Part shown: positions 7,374-16,168 of the stretch, in pieces | Position numbering within the stretch: position 1 is the stretch's first letter | Layout of the letters: every line of letters begins with the position of its first letter | Assembly: GCA_023247345.1 (NCBI GenBank) | Contig: JAHFGR010000003.1 | Span: 1-29,129, forward strand | Direction: 5' to 3' | Source: Candidatus Micrarchaeota archaeon | Lineage (GTDB): Archaea; Micrarchaeota; Micrarchaeia; Anstonellales; Bilamarchaeaceae | DNA: 29,129 nt | Program-made: the position numbers and the translations under genes | Notes under the pieces: model-generated | Told to the model about the DNA's origin: nothing | The model's database searches: none | What the model saw: only the letters and a program-made list of their open reading frames with translations

Positions 7374-8537
7374 ATGCAAGCTAAAAATGGATTTCTCACA
7401 TCTTTATCAATAAACTTTATTCATAACTTCATAGCTTCTGGAGTGGCAGTGCTTTTGCCCCTATATCTACTAGAGAAAAACGTATCGATTGAAAGCATAG
7501 GGTTAATTTTTTCTGTACTCTCAATAATAATGCTGGTCTTCAGATTCATTTTTGCAGTTATCGCAGATTATATAGGAACGCGCTTAATTTTCATTGGAAA
7601 TGCGATTGCACATGTTGTAACTATTGTAACGTATATTCTCTCAATGACCCCGTTGCATTTTGCATTTGGTAAAATATTCGAAGGATTGCGTGCAGCTGCA
7701 TTCTGGTCAGTTAATAGAACGGAGATATATCGTATAAATGCAAAGGAGGCAGAGAAGAACGCATCAATAATGGGAGCTGTCAGATCTATTAGTACAATTT
7801 TTGGCAGCGCAGCAATTGCAATTGCCTTAATTTTCTTTTCAATTCAAAGCAGCTTTTTATTTTTAATCTTAGCCAGCATTGTTCTGTTCTATTACTCTTT
7901 GAATGTAAAAAATGGAAAAGAAAAGAAAAAATTAAATTTATCTGCCTTTATGACTGAGTTAAAGACAAAACGCAGCAAAGAATTTTGGTCCGCAGCTTTA
8001 ATTTTAAGTATGGCTGCCATATACGAAGCCCCTATCCTTGCGATAGTTATCCCATTATACATGGCGGAATCTTTGAAATCTCAGCCATCAATGATCGGCA
8101 TTGGGCTTGCACTTTATTCTGCCTCTTTTTCATTTGCAAGTTATGTCGCTGCAAAATATAATATGCGTATAAAAAGCATTGCATTCGGAGCGATAATTTT
8201 TGGTACGCTTCCAATTTTATTTATTCAGAATATTTCAGAAAATATTTTCTTGTTAATATTATTCTTATCTGGATTAGGTGGCGGGTATGGTTTGATTAAC
8301 TTAATGGAGATAATCATGGCAAGAACTGTTAAAAATAGTGTTACACCTTCTATTGATGTATCTATCTTAATTATGCCCTACAGACTAGTAGAATTCATAA
8401 CGCTAGCTGCAATCGGTTTTGCAATTATCAATCTTGGATTTTATAATGTATTCTTAGTGCTCGCTTTATCATTTGCCGCATATATATTTCTAGCCTGGAA
8501 ATTCCTATCTAGTTTATCCCAAAAGAATTCGCACTAG
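7374..8537 (+). CDS. Major facilitator superfamily transporter
   Basis: About 12 hydrophobic segments; AVIADYIGTRLIF resembles MFS motif A; substrate unknown. Its 3' end overlaps the convergent patatin gene by 24 bp. Confidence 0.88.
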   Translation: MQAKNGFLTSLSINFIHNFIASGVAVLLPLYLLEKNVSIESIGLIFSVLSIIMLVFRFIFAVIADYIGTRLIFIGNAIAHVVTIVTYILSMTPLHFAFGKIFEGLRAAAFWSVNRTEIYRINAKEAEKNASIMGAVRSISTIFGSAAIAIALIFFSIQSSFLFLILASIVLFYYSLNVKNGKEKKKLNLSAFMTELKTKRSKEFWSAALILSMAAIYEAPILAIVIPLYMAESLKSQPSMIGIGLALYSASFSFASYVAAKYNMRIKSIAFGAIIFGTLPILFIQNISENIFLLILFLSGLGGGYGLINLMEIIMARTVKNSVTPSIDVSILIMPYRLVEFITLAAIGFAIINLGFYNVFLVLALSFAAYIFLAWKFLSSLSQKNSH

Positions 8538-10103
8538 TTCCTTTCCCATTTTATAGCCTTCATCTTTTACCTCTTCAGCGCCTTCCATGGAAGTAAGCGC
8601 GATATCGCTTAAACTTCCGTCAGCATTTGGATTTACCAATATCTTATGTCCTTTGCCTCTTAACAAATTTATAGTTTGAATCACTGTTTGGTATGCGTTC
8701 GCTTCATGCCCCATATAAGCCCGCATTGGCGCAGTATTATAAAAAAATCTTTTTCTTTCTTGTCTGAAATATCCTTTCACAGCTCTAAAAAATGCACCTG
8801 TTTTGTTATATAAATTTGTATTTTTACCTAATTTCGCTATCTCTGCCATCAGAATATCGTTAAAAGTAAAATATTTTGGAACTTCTGTTCCAACTGGATT
8901 AAGATTTGCAAGATTTACTGATATTATTATTCCTTGGTCTTTCATTTCTTTTAGTAATAATTCTGCTGTTAGTAACGGAAGGTTTTCCACCATCCCACCA
9001 TCATCCAGCATTGCCTTTTTGAGTGTAATACTATGTTTTTCTACTCCGTTTTCACCTATCTCTAATCTTTCAGCAGTGAATGTATCCAAATTTGGTCTTG
9101 GAATAACTCCTTGCATCGAGCAGGATCCCCACACTGCTTTCCATACTTCTATGTCACTACTAAGTTGAACGTTTCCATTTGTTTTACTCGTTCTTCCTAT
9201 TACTGTTTTTCCAAAATTAACAGGGCTTTGTAGGGTTGTTATAACAAATAAATCCGCTATATCTGAAAATGTTTTATCGCCAAATATCTCTTTCAAATAT
9301 TTCCCAAAACCTCTTCCAATAACTCCGCCACCGAGCGATAGAACAAGAGTAGGCAAAAGTGACCTTATTCCAAATATCTTTCTTAATCTTTCAGTAGAAA
9401 TTCTGTCCTCTGTCGGGCCATCGCGTTCTCCTGTTGCAAGTGACGCAGCAGCAAGCGCTCCGGCTGACGTACCAACTATTAAATCTGGCCATAATTCTGC
9501 TTCTCTTAAAGCTTTTAGAAATCCAATATAAAATATTCCTTTCGCCGATCCGCCTGACAATGCCAATATTATCTTACCAGCTTTCTCTCCATCTTCAGTA
9601 TTCTCTCCGATCCATGCGAATTCAGAAGCATAAGATTGCGCCCTTGTTTTTCCTGCTATGACTTCAGTTAAGTTACTTATCGCTGGCCTTAAGATGCTGC
9701 ACGTATATGACATTGTTCTTTTCATTTCTTTAATATAAATAGTTATTTCTTCCTTTTTTTCACGAAAGACATTCCATTTTGGTTTACCTTTAGATATATC
9801 AGAAATAGCTTCAACATAAATTTCCCTTAATAGTTTGAGGATATTAAGCGCTGGTTCAGTTAATTGTTCGTTCTCTCCGTATATCTCTTTTTTTATAAAA
9901 GGGTGCTTTTTCAAAATCCTCAGTATATTAGTTCTATTGCCGCTGGTTATGGCTTTGGCTAAATCAAGTATATAAACTTCGTCCTGGTATTTTGCAGATA
10001 TCTCGCCTCTAATTTCGTGCATTCTTTGAAAAATTCGTAGCCTTTTGTCTGGATCGATTATCGGCATTCTTCTAATGGGCTGCCTTAAGCTTACCCCGGC
10101 CAT
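8514..10103 (-). CDS. Patatin-like phospholipase with a large N-terminal helical extension
   Basis: LALSGGSAKG oxyanion loop, GTSAG nucleophile elbow, DDGGMVENLP catalytic Asp; about 175 aa precede the patatin domain. Confidence 0.88.
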   Translation of the reverse strand: MAGVSLRQPIRRMPIIDPDKRLRIFQRMHEIRGEISAKYQDEVYILDLAKAITSGNRTNILRILKKHPFIKKEIYGENEQLTEPALNILKLLREIYVEAISDISKGKPKWNVFREKKEEITIYIKEMKRTMSYTCSILRPAISNLTEVIAGKTRAQSYASEFAWIGENTEDGEKAGKIILALSGGSAKGIFYIGFLKALREAELWPDLIVGTSAGALAAASLATGERDGPTEDRISTERLRKIFGIRSLLPTLVLSLGGGVIGRGFGKYLKEIFGDKTFSDIADLFVITTLQSPVNFGKTVIGRTSKTNGNVQLSSDIEVWKAVWGSCSMQGVIPRPNLDTFTAERLEIGENGVEKHSITLKKAMLDDGGMVENLPLLTAELLLKEMKDQGIIISVNLANLNPVGTEVPKYFTFNDILMAEIAKLGKNTNLYNKTGAFFRAVKGYFRQERKRFFYNTAPMRAYMGHEANAYQTVIQTINLLRGKGHKILVNPNADGSLSDIALTSMEGAEEVKDEGYKMGKELVRILLG

Positions 10104-10248
10104 AGAATTACCTGGCTTATTCTATTGGAAATATATATCGGAGAGTTTTAAATATGATAACATAAAGTAACACAATTTTTGTTCTCGCTTAATCGTGCAT
10201 AATATCGAAATGTTTATAATAAGAGTAATAAATAATTTGAATGATCTT

Positions 10249-10992
10249 ATGGTCTTAGAATTGATAATATTAGCAACAGTAATCGTTAGTCTAATTTCTT
10301 TGGTCGGCATCTTTCTCCTATCTCTTAAGCCAAAAACACTTGATGCGCTACTTACTGTATTCATTAGTTTTGCTACTGGCGCGATGTTTGCAGGTGCATT
10401 TATCGATCTACTCCCAGAAGCAATGGAAAAATTGGATAGTAGGACAGCATCGCTAACTGTGCTGGTCGGCATACTGGTATTTTTTATTGTAGAAAAATTA
10501 ATTTATTGGCATCACCATCATCACAGTAAGCATGAAGAAAAAGAAAAACCTCTTGCGTATCTTAATCTTATCGGAGATGGAATACATAATTTTTTTGATG
10601 GGGCAGCTATTGCAGCGAGTTTTATGGCTAGTTACGAATTAGGAATCGCCACTACTATTGCCATTATTGCGCATGAGATTCCGCAGGAGATCGGGGATTT
10701 TAGTTTATTAATTTACAGTGGTTTTACAAAGACAAAGGCGTTGCTGTTTAATTTGTTGAGCGCGTTTACTGCCATAGCCGGCGCACTTTTATTCTATTAT
10801 TCATCTTCGTTTATAAAAAATTCGCAAGGACTTGGTTTGGCGTTTGCAGCCGGCACATTTATTTATATCGCTGGCGCGGACCTTATGCCGGAATTACAGA
10901 AAGAACTAAATATAAGAAAATCATTTGTTCAGTTTATTGCTATGTTAGTAGGTATTTTGTTAATTTGGTTAGTAGTAACTTATCTGCACTAA
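10249..10992 (+). CDS. ZIP-family divalent metal (zinc) transporter
   Basis: FATGAMFAGAFIDLLPEA, His-rich loop HHHHHSKHE, GDGIHNFFDG, AHEIPQEIGD. ATG 10249 is preferred over the track's GTG 10195. Confidence 0.93.
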   Translation: MVLELIILATVIVSLISLVGIFLLSLKPKTLDALLTVFISFATGAMFAGAFIDLLPEAMEKLDSRTASLTVLVGILVFFIVEKLIYWHHHHHSKHEEKEKPLAYLNLIGDGIHNFFDGAAIAASFMASYELGIATTIAIIAHEIPQEIGDFSLLIYSGFTKTKALLFNLLSAFTAIAGALLFYYSSSFIKNSQGLGLAFAAGTFIYIAGADLMPELQKELNIRKSFVQFIAMLVGILLIWLVVTYLH

Positions 10993-11081
10993 ATTTATGC
11001 GCTTTTAGAAATACTATCATCATATGTGAGAATGTTGTTTTATTGTATATCCCCAAGATCGTCAATCCGCGAATCGCACTA

Positions 11082-11097
11082 CGAAATCCTTTAAATA
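11082..11097 (+). promoter_or_regulatory. Candidate BRE + TATA upstream of pdhA
   Basis: CGAAA (11082-11086) then TTTAAATA (11090-11097). If used, it gives a 5' leader of about 150 nt containing the heptamer repeat. Confidence 0.5.
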
Positions 11098-11126
11098 GTT
11101 TTCTTTGATATATGCTGCAAAGCGGC

Positions 11127-11261
11127 CATAAGCAATAGGCAGGATGGCATAAGCGAGAATGGTTGTAGGCAGTATGGTTGAGAGGTAGGAAGCAGTAAGC
11201 CTAACGCATATACCCTAAACCCTACGCCCTATGGCCTAAAGCTTATAGTTTATCGCTTTAA
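11127..11261. repeat. Degenerate heptanucleotide repeat array, purine-rich half then complementary half
   Basis: CATAAGC/AATAGGC/../CATAAGC/../TGTAGGC followed by nine in-register heptads GCCTAAC GCATATA CCCTAAA CCCTACG CCCTATG GCCTAAA GCTTATA GTTTATC GCTTTAA (11199-11261). Confidence 0.7.
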
Positions 11262-11262
11262 T

Positions 11263-12354
11263 TTGGTGATCCCATTGCCAGTTGAAACTGTATTTGAAGG
11301 TAAAGTAAGATATATGCAAATAATTGATAAAGATGGAAATACTGACGAGAATCTTGATCCTAAATTATCAAAAGAAATGCTAAGAAGAATGTATATCATG
11401 ATGCTTGTTACTCGAATGTTCGATGACAAGGCGCTTAAGCTCCAAAGGCAAGGAAGAGTCTATACTTATCCTCCTTGTCTAGGGCAAGAAGCAGCCCAAA
11501 TCGGAAGTATTGCTGCGCTTGAAGAAGCTGATTGGATGTTTCCCAGCTATCGCGAGCATGGCTGTTATTTATGGCGGGGGGCAGAAATGAAATGGATGCT
11601 TGCCTACCTTATGGGTAGCGAGCTCGGAATGAAAATTCCAGAAGGCAAAAATAATTTTCTTGTTGCCATTCCAATTGCAACGCAAACACTACATGCTGTT
11701 GGTGCAGCATGGGCAGCCAAAATTTTGGGCCATAAAGTTGCAAGTATTGTTTATTTTGGCGACGGAGCAACGAGTGAGGGCGATTTTCACGAAGCAATGA
11801 ATTTTGCCGGTGTATTCAAAACTCCGACAGTATTTTTCAATCAGAACAATCAATGGGCAATCAGTGTGCCGCGTAAAAAGCAGACAGCATCTCAAACAAT
11901 TGCGCAAAAAGCGCTTGCGTATGGTTTTGAAGGCGTGCAAGTGGATGGTAATGATGTTCTTGCTGTTTATAGGGCAACAAAAGAAGCAATAGATAAAGCG
12001 CATCGCGGCGAAGGTCCTACGCTTATCGAAGCAATAACTTATCGTCGCAGCATGCATACAACTGCAGATGATCCTACAAAATATCGCGATGCTGCTGAAG
12101 TTAAATCTTGGGAAGAAAAAGATCCAATTAAAAGATTCAAAATTTATTTAGAGCGCAATGGATATTGGAGCGATGAACTAGAACAGAAAACAGTTGAGCG
12201 TGCAACAAGCGAAATAGAAAAAGCAATAGAAGAAGCAGAAGCATTGAAGCTTGATAATCCAGAAGATTTATTCATGTATACTTATTCAAAAATGCCACCT
12301 CATTTAGTTGAGCAGATGAATGAGTTGATGGAATATTTGAAAGAGAAACAATGA
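11263..12354 (+). CDS. pdhA: 2-oxoacid (pyruvate-type) dehydrogenase E1 alpha subunit
   Basis: GQEAAQIG, YREHG, TPP motif GDGATSEGDFHEAMNFA...QNNQWAIS, YRRSMHTTADD. No ATG near the start; TTG 11275 after GGTGAT (11265-11270) is the likely start. Substrate (pyruvate vs branched-chain) is not determinable by eye. Confidence 0.93.
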   Translation: MVIPLPVETVFEGKVRYMQIIDKDGNTDENLDPKLSKEMLRRMYIMMLVTRMFDDKALKLQRQGRVYTYPPCLGQEAAQIGSIAALEEADWMFPSYREHGCYLWRGAEMKWMLAYLMGSELGMKIPEGKNNFLVAIPIATQTLHAVGAAWAAKILGHKVASIVYFGDGATSEGDFHEAMNFAGVFKTPTVFFNQNNQWAISVPRKKQTASQTIAQKALAYGFEGVQVDGNDVLAVYRATKEAIDKAHRGEGPTLIEAITYRRSMHTTADDPTKYRDAAEVKSWEEKDPIKRFKIYLERNGYWSDELEQKTVERATSEIEKAIEEAEALKLDNPEDLFMYTYSKMPPHLVEQMNELMEYLKEKQ

Positions 12355-12395
12355 GCCATGAGGCTGTAGGCCATGAACAATGGGTCGTGAGCAAT
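12351..12395. repeat. Short heptamer-periodic tract at the pdhA stop
   Basis: ATGAGCC ATGAGGC TGTAGGC CATGAAC AATGGGT CGTGAGC; TGTAGGC also occurs in the 11127 array. Confidence 0.5.
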
Positions 12396-12932
12396 ATGAA
12401 AACACTCGGAAGAAAATTTTTAATTAAAGAAGCATTAGCGCCTTTAGAAAGGAAATACACTGAGCAAGCTTCACTAAGAAAAATGCGCGCGCTTAAAGAT
12501 TTTCAAGATCGAACTTTAGTTGATCGAATGCCTTTACGCGCTGAATTGGAGCATCCAATAATTGCAACGCGATATTGGCGGAACGAAAGAAAAGTTACTA
12601 GAAACGTTAGGTCGTTAGATTCACTAACTCCATTTTCTGCATCCCAAATAACAAACTCTATTCTCAGGAGCGAAGCGCTCGATGAAGTATACTTAAATCA
12701 AACAAAGTTTATGGCAAATATTTTGTCCTCTCCGATAATCTCATTTGGTGCGATGTTTACTGTATTTGCAGCCATATTCGAAAGAGCAGCATTTTGGAGA
12801 GCAGCATCATTTGCACTTGTGGGTTTAATATCAAGAGAATTAATAGTTAATAGAGCACATTGGAGATTATTAGAAGCATCGCAAGAGCGCTTAAGAGAAA
12901 CAATGATTGCAAGAGAAGAACGCAGCCCTTAA
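12396..12932 (+). CDS. Hypothetical membrane protein, paralog 1 (EHP-I-RYW-NE motif, C-terminal hydrophobic hairpin)
   Basis: ATG 12396 (MKTLGRK) aligns with the paralog start MNSLARK at 13600; the 15-aa extension from 12351 is the repeat tract. Confidence 0.75.
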   Translation: MKTLGRKFLIKEALAPLERKYTEQASLRKMRALKDFQDRTLVDRMPLRAELEHPIIATRYWRNERKVTRNVRSLDSLTPFSASQITNSILRSEALDEVYLNQTKFMANILSSPIISFGAMFTVFAAIFERAAFWRAASFALVGLISRELIVNRAHWRLLEASQERLRETMIAREERSP

Positions 12933-12984
12933 TTTAGATAGATTTTTAATGTCTAAAAATTAATAGTCATATGGTGAGATCACG

Positions 12985-13278
12985 ATGTTAACAAAAAACC
13001 AGATAATAAAAACACTTGAAAAGCATAAACCGGAGATAAAAACATACGGTGTCAAAAAATTAGGTGTCTTTGGTTCCTTTGGCAAAGCAAAACAGAATGA
13101 AAAAAGTGATATAGATTTTCTTGTCGAATTCGATGAACCAACTTTTGATAAGTATATGGATCTAAAATTCTTTTTGGAAAGACTATTTAAGAGAAAAGTT
13201 GATCTGGTTGTTGAGGAAACCTTAAAACCCGCATTGCAATATGTTAAGGAAGAGGCGATTTATGTCAAGGGAGTATAA
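12985..13278 (+). CDS. mntA: Minimal nucleotidyltransferase (MNT) antitoxin
   Basis: GVFGSF......SDIDFLVEF and RKVDLV motifs; GGTGAG SD upstream. Confidence 0.92.
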   Translation: MLTKNQIIKTLEKHKPEIKTYGVKKLGVFGSFGKAKQNEKSDIDFLVEFDEPTFDKYMDLKFFLERLFKRKVDLVVEETLKPALQYVKEEAIYVKGV

Positions 13279-13603
13279 ACTTTATATTGATGATATTTTG
13301 CGATCTATAGAAAAAATAGAAAACTACACCAAAAATATGTCTTATGAAGATTTTATAAAAAGTGACATGTCAATTGATGCGGTAATTAGAAATTTAGAAA
13401 TAATCGGTGAGGCGTCTAAAAAGATTCCAATAGATATAAAAAAGAGATATTCAGAAGTAGAATGGTCCAAAATCACTGGTTTAAGGGATATTTTGATTCA
13501 TGAATATTTTGGGGTTAATTCTAAAATATTATGGGACGTTATTGCTAATAAGATCCCTAAACTAAAAATTTCAATAAAAAAAATGTCGGAGGAATTAAGA
13601 TGA
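13262..13603 (+). CDS. hepT: HEPN (DUF86) ribonuclease toxin
   Basis: DAVIRNLEIIGEASK and the RX4H motif RDILIH followed by EY; ATG 13262 overlaps the MNT 3' end (track start TTG 13241 less likely). Confidence 0.92.
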   Translation: MSREYKLYIDDILRSIEKIENYTKNMSYEDFIKSDMSIDAVIRNLEIIGEASKKIPIDIKKRYSEVEWSKITGLRDILIHEYFGVNSKILWDVIANKIPKLKISIKKMSEELR

Positions 13604-14121
13604 ATTCACTAGCAAGAAAAGTTTTATTTCGCGAAGCATTTAAGCCGTTGGAAGCAAGGTACCTCGGCAATAAACTAAAAACAGCAGCACTTCAAGCATT
13701 TCGAGATCGAGTAATTGTTGATGGCAAACCATTTCGTGCTAGTGTCGAGCATCCTGTAATTTCTGCTAGATATTGGTTAAATGAGACTAACTTAATATTT
13801 ATGCAAAATATGAAAGTATTTAGAAGTTTAAAGCCGGTTGTTTCATCTGAAATGGAAGTGCAATTCGATCGCCTTTATGCTGTTACAACTCCTTTGGCAG
13901 CTTTAGATAGGTGTATGAAGAAGATCGAGTTGGCTTATCTAACCTTATTTTCACTCGCAATTCTTTCATTGAGTTCGGCTCCTGAAAAAAATTATCTGTC
14001 TATGACAACATCACTTCTTGTTTCTTATGGTGGTCTTCGGTTAGGTTTTTCTTTAATTAGATTAACTATAAAAGAAGATCTTATTGCAGACTTTACAGAT
14101 TGTGATGTTGAAATTAATTAG
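13600..14121 (+). CDS. Hypothetical membrane protein, paralog 2
   Basis: Shares RK.L..EA..PLE..Y and DR..VD..P.RA..EHP.I..RYW.NE with 12396..12932; ATGA overlap with the HEPN stop. Confidence 0.75.
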   Translation: MNSLARKVLFREAFKPLEARYLGNKLKTAALQAFRDRVIVDGKPFRASVEHPVISARYWLNETNLIFMQNMKVFRSLKPVVSSEMEVQFDRLYAVTTPLAALDRCMKKIELAYLTLFSLAILSLSSAPEKNYLSMTTSLLVSYGGLRLGFSLIRLTIKEDLIADFTDCDVEIN

Positions 14122-14129
14122 GTGAACAT

Positions 14130-15107
14130 ATGGCAAAATGGAATTTAGTCGAATCTATTAACGCAACGCTTTCCCAAGAAATGGAATTAAACGATAAAAT
14201 CATAGTAATGGGCGAGGATGTTGGCGTTGATGGCGGAGTATTTCGTGTTACCGATGGTTTGCTTAAGAAATTCGGAGAAAACCGAGTATTCGATACGCCT
14301 CTCGCGGAAAGCGCAATTATCGGAACAGCAATTGGCATGGCCATATACGGCTTAAAACCAGTTACAGAAGTTCAATTTGAAGGTTTTATATTTCCAGCTT
14401 ATGAACAGATTGTATCCCATGTAGCGCGTATTCGCAATCGCTCGCGAGGAAGGTACAAGTGCCCAATAATTCTAAGAGCGCCATATGGTGGCGGAGTAAG
14501 AGCATTAGAACATCATAGCGAAGCGCCAGAAACATTGTACGCGCATGTGCCAGGATTAACAGTTGTTATTCCTTCTGGCCCTCACGATGCAAAAGGTCTG
14601 CTAGCAAATGCATTGCAAAGCGAGGATCCGGTAATATTCTTCGAACCAAAGCGTATCTACCGTGCATTCAAAGAAGAAGTGCCAGAAGAAAGGTATACCA
14701 TCCCATTCGGCCAGGCAAAAATAGTCCAAGAAGGTCATGACGTTACTATAGTTACATACGGCGCAATGGTTCGCGTAAGCATGGAAGCTGCAGAGTTGCT
14801 AAAGGAGAAGAACATCTCCTGTGAAATCGTTGATCTGCGAACAATTTCGCCACTAGACACAGAAACCGTTATAAGTTCGGTCAGGAAAACCGGACGATGC
14901 GTTGTAGTGCATGAAGCCCCGCGCAATTTAGGTGTAGGTGCAGAAGTTATTGCAAGAATAAATGAAAAGGCATTGCTTGACCTCAAGGCGCCAGTTAAGC
15001 GTGTTACTGCCTATGATGTTGTTACTCCGTTGCCAAAATTAGAAGACTTCCATTTCCCGAATGCTGAAAAAGTAGTTAAAGCAGTTAATTATGTTATGGG
15101 GTTCTAA
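14130..15107 (+). CDS. pdhB: 2-oxoacid dehydrogenase E1 beta subunit
   Basis: MGEDVG..GGVFRVTDGL, FDTPLAESAIIG, HHSEAPE, VDLRTISPLD; GGTGA SD. Confidence 0.95.
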   Translation: MAKWNLVESINATLSQEMELNDKIIVMGEDVGVDGGVFRVTDGLLKKFGENRVFDTPLAESAIIGTAIGMAIYGLKPVTEVQFEGFIFPAYEQIVSHVARIRNRSRGRYKCPIILRAPYGGGVRALEHHSEAPETLYAHVPGLTVVIPSGPHDAKGLLANALQSEDPVIFFEPKRIYRAFKEEVPEERYTIPFGQAKIVQEGHDVTIVTYGAMVRVSMEAAELLKEKNISCEIVDLRTISPLDTETVISSVRKTGRCVVVHEAPRNLGVGAEVIARINEKALLDLKAPVKRVTAYDVVTPLPKLEDFHFPNAEKVVKAVNYVMGF

Positions 15108-15145
15108 ATTAGACAAAATATTGTCGATAGCTAATGAACTAAGAT

Positions 15146-15751
15146 TCACAAAGCGCCAAAATCTACTAGTGCTTCTGCTACAACATATCTTTTGCCAGCT
15201 TCTAAAAATGAGTTTTCACCTTGACGCCAGTTTTTTAAATCTACCCAGTATTCGACTGAATTATCGATTGCATCTACTTGAACAAATTTATGATTAGCAA
15301 CTGCAAAGCGTGAAGAGTCTGAAATTTTAACTAACCTACATGTTCCTCCTCTTGTCAGGTCTTCAGTAAGCAGACCAAATCTTGTATCTCCGGCGTATGA
15401 ATAAGTTAATGCTACAACAAATGCAGGCGTTATCTCTCCTTCATCTGCAAGATGCTCAAAAGCACCGATTTCGTGTGCTAGCAGATCGGTATCACGCATA
15501 TATTCAAGTTCTCTCATAGATTCTCTTATTGCTAGTTTAACCGCTAAATAAAAAGGATTATTGTCCATTGTAATTAAACCGGCCGGATAAGCTGCCCTGT
15601 TTGTACCTTCTTTACCTGTTACTAAATCTAATCTTTCTTTGGAAGCTCGGTCTTCATGGTGGTTTCTAAGAATATTACTTAATCTAGCCATCTTTGTAGT
15701 ATCAGAAATAATCGCGTTTCTAGCTAATAAAAATCTTTCATGGAAACTCAT
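15146..15751 (-). CDS. Hypothetical protein, possibly a minimal protein-kinase-like fold
   Basis: GKEGTNRAAY (Gly-loop-like), LAVK, LAHEIGAFEHL (alphaC-like), LLTEDL (hinge-like), YWVDL; no canonical HxD catalytic loop. Confidence 0.6.
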   Translation of the reverse strand: MSFHERFLLARNAIISDTTKMARLSNILRNHHEDRASKERLDLVTGKEGTNRAAYPAGLITMDNNPFYLAVKLAIRESMRELEYMRDTDLLAHEIGAFEHLADEGEITPAFVVALTYSYAGDTRFGLLTEDLTRGGTCRLVKISDSSRFAVANHKFVQVDAIDNSVEYWVDLKNWRQGENSFLEAGKRYVVAEALVDFGAL

Positions 15752-15852
15752 ATAACCGTAAATTACAATTTAATCAAAACATTTAATAAAGGTATAGAAA
15801 GCATAAAAAACATGATGTTTTAGAATAAATGTAAAGACGTATGAGGTTCTAA

Positions 15853-16113
15853 ATGGCAAACTATACTGGCATTATAGGAATATTGCTTATATTGGGAGGT
15901 TGGGCATATGAGACCTGGGTATCTGTAAAAGCAGGAAAAAGTCCGATTCCACTAAGCCTCGTACTATTATATGGAATAGGGTCAGCATTGCTTGCACTTT
16001 ATGCATTCTCTCTAAATGATTGGATTTTTATGGTGTTGAATATCGTTTTGGTATTTATGATGCTAATAAACATCGCATTGATATTAAAAAATAAAAGGAA
16101 GGAAAGAAAATAG
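15853..16113 (+). CDS. Three-TM small membrane protein, SemiSWEET/PQ-loop-like
   Basis: 86 aa, three hydrophobic helices, Y..GSALLALYA..LND.IF..LN pattern; the PQ dipeptide is not present; GAGGT SD. Confidence 0.6.
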   Translation: MANYTGIIGILLILGGWAYETWVSVKAGKSPIPLSLVLLYGIGSALLALYAFSLNDWIFMVLNIVLVFMMLINIALILKNKRKERK

Positions 16114-16168
16114 CATTCTTTCACGAAACAATTAGGGAAGGTAAAATAGGATTGAAGTGAAATTTAAT

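Noticed and set aside
7144-7413. 89-aa + strand ORF
   Set aside because: It lies antisense to the tRNA and its promoter, starts at TTG with no SD and has no recognisable motif.
8514-10103. CBASS system with a patatin (CapV-like) effector
   Set aside because: No CD-NTase or Cap2/Cap3 neighbours; the flanks are MFS and ZIP transporters.
11127-11261. CRISPR array
   Set aside because: No constant 25-40 nt repeats with unique spacers and no cas genes; the periodicity is 7 nt.
12351-12395. N-terminal extension MSHEAVGHEQWVVSN of paralog 1
   Set aside because: It is the translation of a heptamer tract and is absent from paralog 2; ATG 12396 fits better.
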